64,000 nucleotides of DNA from Candidatus Woesearchaeota archaeon (GTDB lineage Archaea; Nanobdellota; Nanobdellia; Woesearchaeales; SM23-78), in contig JAFGRK010000032.1 of NCBI GenBank assembly GCA_016935175.1, forward strand, positions 1,719-65,718, written 5' to 3'. Positions within the stretch are counted from its first letter, which is position 1, and each line of letters begins with the position of its first letter. Below the pieces are notes generated by a model. That model did not search any database. It was not told the DNA's origin and saw only the letters and a list, made by a program, of their open reading frames with translations. Of this stretch, positions 57,536 through 64,000 are shown piece after piece. The position numbers and the translations under genes were made by a program.

Positions 57536-57913
57536 ATGTATTCACCAACAGATAACAACAAAAAGGCTGATTTTTCTATGCAAGGGCAGCTAAGGCAATA
57601 TTGCCCTAATTGCTTCTACTTCAAGCCCGGAGCAATGGCTGAAGTCCATGAGAAAAGCGGTTACACGCGAGTCCTAGGCAATGCCAGATATGATTGCGGC
57701 AAGGGAAACCCTTCGGTCAAAAGGCTTCAAGCTTGCTGCTATTTTGAGCCCTGGAACAAGAGAGCTTTTAAGAAATATGAGGAGCTTTCTGAGCTGATAG
57801 ATGCCCAGGAGCATGAAAGCGCCTATAAGAATAAGCTCTTGGAACAAAAAAATGAGATTGCCGATTACCTAAAGGTTATCAACATAGACCTGTTCTTGAA
57901 GCTGAGTTCATAA
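57536..57913 (+). CDS. Small Cys-cluster hypothetical protein
   Basis: CPNCFYF...C...CCYFEP followed by a helical tail. Confidence 0.55.
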   Translation: MYSPTDNNKKADFSMQGQLRQYCPNCFYFKPGAMAEVHEKSGYTRVLGNARYDCGKGNPSVKRLQACCYFEPWNKRAFKKYEELSELIDAQEHESAYKNKLLEQKNEIADYLKVINIDLFLKLSS

Positions 57914-57939
57914 AAATTACAAGTTCCTGCCTGAAAGCG

Positions 57940-58092
57940 AGTTTGTCGCAAAATTCGCTCTGCTCATTAAGCCGCCTTCTCGCAGCGCTGATTTTAAGAA
58001 GATACATTTCCAAGAAAATCAGTTCCTTGCTGTTAGCCATCCCGGCTTGGCCCTGCACTGCTCGACTTATGGCGGCTTTAATGCGACAAACT
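57940..58092. repeat. Intergenic inverted-repeat element
   Basis: AGTTTGTCGCA/TGCGACAAACT arms; internal CATTAAGCCGCC/GGCGGCTTTAATG. Confidence 0.55.
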
Positions 58093-58154
58093 TTCTGAAA
58101 GCACAAACTATAAAAACACTCTTATTAACCAATTCTACGGGGTGAGTTCATTCA

Positions 58155-59564
58155 ATGAGCAGCTATGAAGATGTGGTCTCAAGCAGGTATTCTTATGAAG
58201 AGATGAAAGGAGTATTCTCTGACCAGAGCATCTTCAGGACTTGGAGGCTTTGCTGGGTAGCACTTGCAGAGGCAGAGCACGAGCTCGGCTTGAAGCAGAT
58301 AACCAAGGAAATGATTGCTGAGATGAAGAAGCACATTGACAACATTGACTTTGCAGCTGCAAAAGAAAAAGAAAAAGAGACTCAGCACGATGTGATGGCT
58401 CATATTTATGCCTATGGCCTTGCCTGCCCTAAAGCCAAGGGAATAATCCACTTAGGAGCCACTTCCCAGTGCATCAAGTGCAACACAGACCTTATTCTGC
58501 AGCACCAAGCCATTAAGGTGATAAGGCAAGACCTCATCATCCTACTCAGCGCACTATACCACCTAATACAGAGGACAAAGCACATTCCAACGCTTTCATA
58601 CACTCACTACCAGCCAGCCCAGCCCACCACTATCGGCAGGCGCTTCTGCACTTATGCGCAGGACTACTTGGCTGACTTGAAAGAGCTTGGCTCTATATTT
58701 GAGGATTATGCTCTGCGAGGGGTAAAGGGAGCTACTGGCACCCAAGCATCCTACCTTGAGCTTTTGGGTGATGCAAAAAAAGTGAAGAAGCTTGACTTCT
58801 TGTTTGCAAAAAAGCTTGGGTTCAAGAAAGTGTTCCCTATCACCACGCAAACTTATTCCCGCAAGTTCGACATAAGGATTGCAAGCCTGCTTGCATCAAT
58901 CTGCGCGACCACCAAGAAATTCGCAACAGACATAAGGCTGCTCTCCAACATAGGAATAATAGAGGAGCCTTTTGGCAATGATCAGGTGGGAAGCAGCTCA
59001 ATGCCTTACAAGCGCAACCCAATGAAATCAGAGCAACTATGCGCTCTTTGCCGCAAAGTCATCAACAACCTTAATGACTTCTATGATGTTTATTCAGAGC
59101 AATGGCTTGAGAGGACCCTTGATGATTCTGCCATAAGAAGGATTGATATTCCCCAGAACTTCATGCTGGCTGACTATGTGCTGAGAAAAACAGCTGGAAT
59201 ATGCCAAGGCTTGGCAGTGTTTGAGAAGCATTCAGAAAAGCTGCTCATGCAAGAGCTGCCTTTCCTCATAACAGAGAGCATTCTAGTGGAAGCTGTAAAA
59301 AAAGGGGCTAGCCGCCAGGAGATGCATGAGATAATAAAGAAGCATGCCTTTGAGGTTGCAAAGGAGATAAAGGAGCAGGGAAAAGAGAATAGCCTGATCC
59401 AAAGGCTAGAGGCTGACCACAGGATTCCGCTGGGCACAGATGACTTCAACAGGATCATGGCATCAAAGTCATTAATTGGCTTGTCAGTTGAGCAGGCTGA
59501 TGATTTCTGCAAGAAAGAGCTTGAGCCTGCCATAAAGGCTGGTAAGGCTAAACTAAGCAAGTGA
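58155..59564 (+). CDS. purB: Adenylosuccinate lyase
   Basis: HDVMAH, IHLGATS, THYQPAQPTT and GSSSMPYKRNP. Confidence 0.96.
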   Translation: MSSYEDVVSSRYSYEEMKGVFSDQSIFRTWRLCWVALAEAEHELGLKQITKEMIAEMKKHIDNIDFAAAKEKEKETQHDVMAHIYAYGLACPKAKGIIHLGATSQCIKCNTDLILQHQAIKVIRQDLIILLSALYHLIQRTKHIPTLSYTHYQPAQPTTIGRRFCTYAQDYLADLKELGSIFEDYALRGVKGATGTQASYLELLGDAKKVKKLDFLFAKKLGFKKVFPITTQTYSRKFDIRIASLLASICATTKKFATDIRLLSNIGIIEEPFGNDQVGSSSMPYKRNPMKSEQLCALCRKVINNLNDFYDVYSEQWLERTLDDSAIRRIDIPQNFMLADYVLRKTAGICQGLAVFEKHSEKLLMQELPFLITESILVEAVKKGASRQEMHEIIKKHAFEVAKEIKEQGKENSLIQRLEADHRIPLGTDDFNRIMASKSLIGLSVEQADDFCKKELEPAIKAGKAKLSK

Positions 59565-59573
59565 GGCATTAGC

Positions 59574-60992
59574 GTGGAAAAAACAATTGCAAGGGCAAAA
59601 TCAACAGTGTTGATAGGGTTGCAGTATGGGGATGAAGGCAAAGCCCGAGTCATGGACACCATGCTTAAGGATTACCAGATAGTTGCAAGGTTCAATGGAG
59701 GCGCAAATGCAGGCCACACATTGCAAGTAGGCAGCATCAACATCGCCCTGCACCAGGTTCCGTCAGGGATTTTCTACAAGGACATGATGCTCTACATAGG
59801 CAGCGGGTGCGTAGTCAACCCAAAAAAGCTTCTTGATGAGATAAAAGAGATAAAATCCAACAAGGTGAAAGTTGACAATCGGCTTTTCATCTCAGGCTAT
59901 GTCACACTTATCCAGCCCCATCACCTGTTGTTTGACGAGATCTATGGCAAGGAGATCGGCAGCACCAAGAATGGCATTGGGCCTGCCTATGCTGACAGGG
60001 CAATGAGGGCAAAGCGCAGCGAAATAAAGAATATCAGGTTTGGTGATTATGTTTATAACCATAAGAAGTTCAAGAGCATAGTAAGGGATAATCTTGCCCA
60101 CATGGAGGAGAAGCATGGCTTGTCAGAAGTTGACATTGACAAGCAAGTTGATGAATTTGATAAGTGCGTGATGCAGATAAAGAAATACCTTTGCAATGAC
60201 CCTCTCATGATAGAGAGCCTGGTTGAGAAAGGCAAGAGCATCTTCTTTGAGGGAGCGCAGTCAGTGATGCTAGATGTGGTCACAGGAGCAACTCCGTATG
60301 TGACTTCTAGCAGGACCATTGCTGCAGCTGCCTACACTGGAGGAGACCTGTCCAACAAGTACCATTACAAGACTCTTGGAGTGGCAAAAGCAATAATGTC
60401 CAGGGTTGGAAATGGCCCTTTTATCTCTGAATTTGGAGGGGGGAAGTCAGAGCTCTACTGTGCAGAAGGAGGAGGGCTTGACCATGTCAAGGAAAAAGAA
60501 TATGGTGATGCAAAGCCAGAAGAACTGCTTGCCTCAAAGGATTTGTTTGACATAGGCAAGGGCCTGAGGATGCTTACTGGCGAGTACGGAGCAACTACCA
60601 AGAGGCCAAGGAGGATTGGCATACTTGACCTGGTGATGCTAAGGCAGAACTGCAAGCTTAATGGTGTGGACGAGCTCTACATCAACAAGTTTGACTGCTT
60701 GGCTGAATTTAACAAGACAAGGCTGCCAGGAATACCGATTGTGGTTGGCTACAAGCTTAATGGCAGGAAAATAAATTACATGCCTGTTTCTGTTGACGAG
60801 GCAAGAAAAGTAAAGCCCATAATCAAGTACTTCCCGCACATAAAAGAGGATATTTCTATGTTCAAGGAGTATGGCAACCTGCCTGCAGAAGTCAAAGGAT
60901 TGGTGGAATTCATTGAGAAATTTGTCGAGACCAAGGTTTGCGGCATAGGGGTTGGGCCTGAAAGGGAGCAATTCATCCTTTTGCCTGCTTAA
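59574..60992 (+). CDS. purA: Adenylosuccinate synthetase
   Basis: GLQYGDEGKA, GGANAGHT, GIGPAY, FEGAQ and EYGATTKRPRR. Confidence 0.97.
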   Translation: MEKTIARAKSTVLIGLQYGDEGKARVMDTMLKDYQIVARFNGGANAGHTLQVGSINIALHQVPSGIFYKDMMLYIGSGCVVNPKKLLDEIKEIKSNKVKVDNRLFISGYVTLIQPHHLLFDEIYGKEIGSTKNGIGPAYADRAMRAKRSEIKNIRFGDYVYNHKKFKSIVRDNLAHMEEKHGLSEVDIDKQVDEFDKCVMQIKKYLCNDPLMIESLVEKGKSIFFEGAQSVMLDVVTGATPYVTSSRTIAAAAYTGGDLSNKYHYKTLGVAKAIMSRVGNGPFISEFGGGKSELYCAEGGGLDHVKEKEYGDAKPEELLASKDLFDIGKGLRMLTGEYGATTKRPRRIGILDLVMLRQNCKLNGVDELYINKFDCLAEFNKTRLPGIPIVVGYKLNGRKINYMPVSVDEARKVKPIIKYFPHIKEDISMFKEYGNLPAEVKGLVEFIEKFVETKVCGIGVGPEREQFILLPA

Positions 60993-62022
60993 GATTCTTT
61001 TGGGTTTTTTCAGCTTCCCTAGCTATCTTAAGAAGCTCGTCTACCACTCCTTCTGGAAAGGTTGTGCTCTTGTATTTCTCAAATATTATCAGGGTATCAT
61101 ATGATACTATTAGTTCTGCCATCTCATCCCTGACTTTCATTAGGATTTTCCTATATGCCTCGTTGCTTTCTGAGTGGATGTGCAGCTCAAAGTCCCATTT
61201 GCCCATGCACCTGGTCATATAGGTTATATTTGGGATGCTCCTGATTATCTCGATGAATTTTTTTTGCTGGGTTTCAGGAGGCCTGTTCATGTCTATCAGC
61301 AGCTGGTACCAATTATAGCCTAGTGTCTTGAAGCTTATCCTTGCCTTGAATTCCACGATTATCTTCCTTGCCACGAGATTCCTTATCCTGTACCTCACTA
61401 CGTCTGGTGAAGTCTTGAGATTGGATGCGATCTCCACTAGGCTTGCCCTGGCGTTCTGCTCAAGATGCTGTATTATCCTTATGTCGAGTGAATCAAGCTT
61501 GGTGTCAGCAGGCTCAGTTGCGAATTCGTTCCTGATTGGCTTGGCTGCGAATTGCTCTTTCTTTCCTATAAGGTCTATATAGAAAGGCTGAATGCTAAAG
61601 ATGATGTTGGTTTCATAGCTCTCGAGGTTGTTGCCTATGAAAGCCATTATTTCCTCTATCCTGTTGTTGAAGTCTAAGATATTCTTTGCTGACATCGCAA
61701 ATGCCAGGTCCCATTTTCCTTCACATACCACCACCCAGCGGGTGAATGGGTGGCTTACTAGGTGGCTGATTATCTCTTTCTCCCTTGCCTCGCTTATATT
61801 TCTCAGCCTGAGATACACTCCAAAGGTAGAATAGCCTAGTTTTGTTAGGTCAACAGTCAGGGTGAAGTTTTTCAGTATGCCCTTTTCAAGCAGGTTCCTT
61901 ATCCTGTAGTCAACTACTTGCTTTGAAAGCCCTACTTTTGAGGCTATGCCTGAAAGAGAATCCCTGCCATCTTCGTCTAGTGCTGTGAGGATTCTTTTGT
62001 CTTTCAAGTCTATTTTGTGCAT
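60973..62022 (-). CDS. Tandem double Lrp/AsnC regulator
   Basis: Two HTH-RAM units (DGRDSLSGIASKVGLS; NARASLVEIASNLKTS). Confidence 0.9.
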   Translation of the reverse strand: MHKIDLKDKRILTALDEDGRDSLSGIASKVGLSKQVVDYRIRNLLEKGILKNFTLTVDLTKLGYSTFGVYLRLRNISEAREKEIISHLVSHPFTRWVVVCEGKWDLAFAMSAKNILDFNNRIEEIMAFIGNNLESYETNIIFSIQPFYIDLIGKKEQFAAKPIRNEFATEPADTKLDSLDIRIIQHLEQNARASLVEIASNLKTSPDVVRYRIRNLVARKIIVEFKARISFKTLGYNWYQLLIDMNRPPETQQKKFIEIIRSIPNITYMTRCMGKWDFELHIHSESNEAYRKILMKVRDEMAELIVSYDTLIIFEKYKSTTFPEGVVDELLKIAREAEKTQKNLKQAKG

Positions 62023-62122
62023 CTTATTTGTTTATTAATGACTTATTTATTTAAATATTTTGTTTTTGTCAAAAAAATCATGGCAAACATATATAATAAG
62101 AAATCACTATCTAGTAGTTACC

Positions 62123-62236
62123 ATGGAAAAGGATTATGATAAGATGTTACCAGAGGCAGAATGGGCCGAAAGCCTTCAAACCATCTACAAGAAGCAACCC
62201 CCAAAAGGCCAAGGCCTTGATGCCATGGTAGCATGA
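62123..62236 (+). CDS. Small 37-aa ORF heading the terminal operon (absent from the ORF track)
   Basis: MEKDYDKMLPEAEWAESLQTIYKKQPPKGQGLDAMVA*; about 25 nt after ATATATAA and 12 nt before the next ATG. Confidence 0.45.
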   Translation: MEKDYDKMLPEAEWAESLQTIYKKQPPKGQGLDAMVA

Positions 62237-62248
62237 AAAAGCGAGGCG

Positions 62249-62929
62249 ATGAAAATGACTACCTTCAAGCAGAAGATGAAGAAGATTATTTCAGGAATAG
62301 TTCTGGTAGGAGCGCTTTACACAGCCAAGCCAATGCTTGCCCAGGAAAAGAAAGAAGAGCCAAAGGCTCAACCAGGAGCAGTTCTAATATTATCACCTAC
62401 TTACTCAGCTACAGAGAAATCAGGAGCATTCAGGATTGCAGGAGGTGGAGCAATCAAAGGGATAGGAATTGGAGGATTCCTTGACCTATATGGGACTCCA
62501 GAAGCCCCTGTAGACATGCAAAGCCACTATGGAAAAGTCACAGTAGGAAAAGGTCTTGAGAAGATAGTGAAAGGAAGCGGCGTGGCAATTGAGCTAACCA
62601 CCAGCAGCTTTGGGAAGGACGAGATAAGGGCAGGAGTTTACAAGGCAGGCACGCTGCTTGGGTTCAGCTACAAAGGCCAATTTTATCCGATAGCTCCTAA
62701 AGGCAAAGGGCCAAGTGTCGGACTGTTCATTGATAAGCAACTAGGGAAAAAAGCAGCTGCATCAGCATTCATCACATCAGACCTAGGAGACAAGAGCTAC
62801 TATGGCGAAGCACAGGTAGGTTATGAAATAATCAAGCAGCTCAGCCTGATAATCCAAGAGAGATACGGCGGAAAGTTCGGAGAGCCTTTCAAGCCAGCAA
62901 CACATGTTGGTTTCGAGATAAAAATGTGA
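62249..62929 (+). CDS. Secreted beta-strand-rich (outer-membrane beta-barrel-like) protein
   Basis: Signal ending PMLA|QE; alternating Gly/aromatic strands; C-terminal HVGFEIKM. Confidence 0.55.
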   Translation: MKMTTFKQKMKKIISGIVLVGALYTAKPMLAQEKKEEPKAQPGAVLILSPTYSATEKSGAFRIAGGGAIKGIGIGGFLDLYGTPEAPVDMQSHYGKVTVGKGLEKIVKGSGVAIELTTSSFGKDEIRAGVYKAGTLLGFSYKGQFYPIAPKGKGPSVGLFIDKQLGKKAAASAFITSDLGDKSYYGEAQVGYEIIKQLSLIIQERYGGKFGEPFKPATHVGFEIKM

Positions 62930-63315
62930 ATGATTACAAAAAAAAGAAGGTGATGAAGATGGAACATCTTGAGGCAATAATCCAGTCAGAAGATGCAGAG
63001 CACTATGATGAGAAGTATATAGTCGTGCAAGTCAAGGAAGAGGATAAGGTAAGGCATGTGCTTGTCTCGTTCCCGATGGATTACCACAGCGAGATTGCCA
63101 GGGCCTACCAGAGGAAATTAGATGAGAAGGCAAAGGCAGTGGCAGTCAGGGGAGGAGGGATAATCACAGTCGACAAGAAGGAAAAGAAAGTCCGCACCTA
63201 TGGCATGAGTGGAAGCTATGGCGGGCCAGACATCTCCCTAGTTGGTAAGATACTTGCCAAGGCATTCCCTGACTTTTCAATTGATGCCAAAGTTACTGCA
63301 TATGTCAGAGGATAA
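62926..63315 (+). CDS. Janus/Ocnus-family (PHPT1-like) phosphohistidine phosphatase homolog
   Basis: KYIVV, YHSEI, GGGII, YGMSGSYG and FPDF match the PHPT1 motif order. Likely start ATG 62959 after GAAGGTGA. Confidence 0.8.
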   Translation: MNDYKKKKVMKMEHLEAIIQSEDAEHYDEKYIVVQVKEEDKVRHVLVSFPMDYHSEIARAYQRKLDEKAKAVAVRGGGIITVDKKEKKVRTYGMSGSYGGPDISLVGKILAKAFPDFSIDAKVTAYVRG

Positions 63316-63356
63316 TCCTGTATCAGGATTGTGGAATAATAAAGGAGGGTAAAAAA

Positions 63357-63908
63357 ATGGACCTAGAGCAAAAGTTAAAGCAAATCGAGGTAAAAAAGAT
63401 TCTTGTAGTGGATGATACAGCTGCCAACATAGAGGCAGCTAAGCAGTATTTCAAGGAAGTTGAAAAACTAGGACTGAAGGTTGAGTATGCTTCCGGGGCT
63501 AAAGAGGCTAAGGAAAAGATCCAGGCTGCTTATGGAGCCAAGGATAAGTACTCTATTGTAATCACCGACCTTACGATGGAAGAGCCTAAGAGCGGATTGG
63601 AAGTGGCAAGGGAAGCTTTCAAGCATCTGGCTTTTGGGTTCATAGCCACAGGGCATAATTATGATAGGTCTGAGCATGACCATCATGGCCCCAGCACAAG
63701 GCTGATGCCTGTTGAGCAGCATATTGCTGGCAAGAAAGAGAAGCCAGAGGTCTGGCAGCAAGTTTTTGAGAAGGCTATTGATTACTTAGCAGAGGGAGAC
63801 GGGAAGTTGATCTTTGCAGCCATGAGAAGGCATGATAAGTATGTTGGCGCTCCTTCAGATGAAGTGGCTAAGACAACTATGATGGTGTTGATGGACAGGC
63901 AGATATAG
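63357..63908 (+). CDS. Response-regulator receiver-domain protein
   Basis: ILVVDD, IVITDLTM, SGLEV and IATG; SD GGAGG upstream. Confidence 0.85.
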   Translation: MDLEQKLKQIEVKKILVVDDTAANIEAAKQYFKEVEKLGLKVEYASGAKEAKEKIQAAYGAKDKYSIVITDLTMEEPKSGLEVAREAFKHLAFGFIATGHNYDRSEHDHHGPSTRLMPVEQHIAGKKEKPEVWQQVFEKAIDYLAEGDGKLIFAAMRRHDKYVGAPSDEVAKTTMMVLMDRQI

Positions 63909-64000
63909 GCCATACTAAAATCCTTAGAATAAGGTATTTATAAAAAAAGACCAAAATAAATTATTTTTGTAATATTCTTTACTAAATTTATATCTACACT

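Noticed and set aside
60973-60992. 20-bp overlap between the convergent purA and Lrp genes
   Set aside because: Short 3' overlaps are common in compact genomes.

Overview
Archaeal chromosomal DNA, most likely from a DPANN archaeon of the Woesearchaeota type. That assignment is inferred from archaeal eS6, uL16/L10e, psmB next to aCPSF1, class III pilins with the 'AALEFLTTYGWA' N-terminus, BHB-intron tRNAs and patchy metabolism. From left to right the window holds a partial lipoprotein gene, an MNT-HEPN pair, a Tad-like type IV pilus locus, psmB-aCPSF1 with neighbouring hypotheticals, and two Tyr-rich secreted proteins. Next come tRNA-Pro(CGG) with a D-loop intron, an accessory stretch (Cys-repeat lipoprotein, serpin, JAB, radical SAM, K+ channel, RelBE-like pair) and tRNA-Gln(CTG) with two introns. 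These are followed by ribosomal genes, two AT-rich kinase-domain genes, an AT-rich PRTase-like/PfkB/GNAT/M20/LOG/histidine ammonia-lyase operon, argS and a B12 radical SAM gene. The right end carries a half Hel308-like helicase, a MoxR-vWA locus, purB-purA and a terminal signalling operon. The strongest candidates for undescribed systems are five: (1) a MoxR/CbbQ ATPase with a split HEXXH/vWA adaptor carrying a HERC2/KEG-like SH3 domain; (2) a PHPT1/Janus-like phosphohistidine phosphatase beside a receiver-domain protein and a beta-barrel-like secreted protein; (3) the orphan HAL operon, which has a candidate leader-peptide switch; (4) a five-copy structured intergenic repeat family; (5) a shared N-terminal LExx(I/L) motif on accessory proteins. 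All family calls come from motif recognition by eye; no searches were run.
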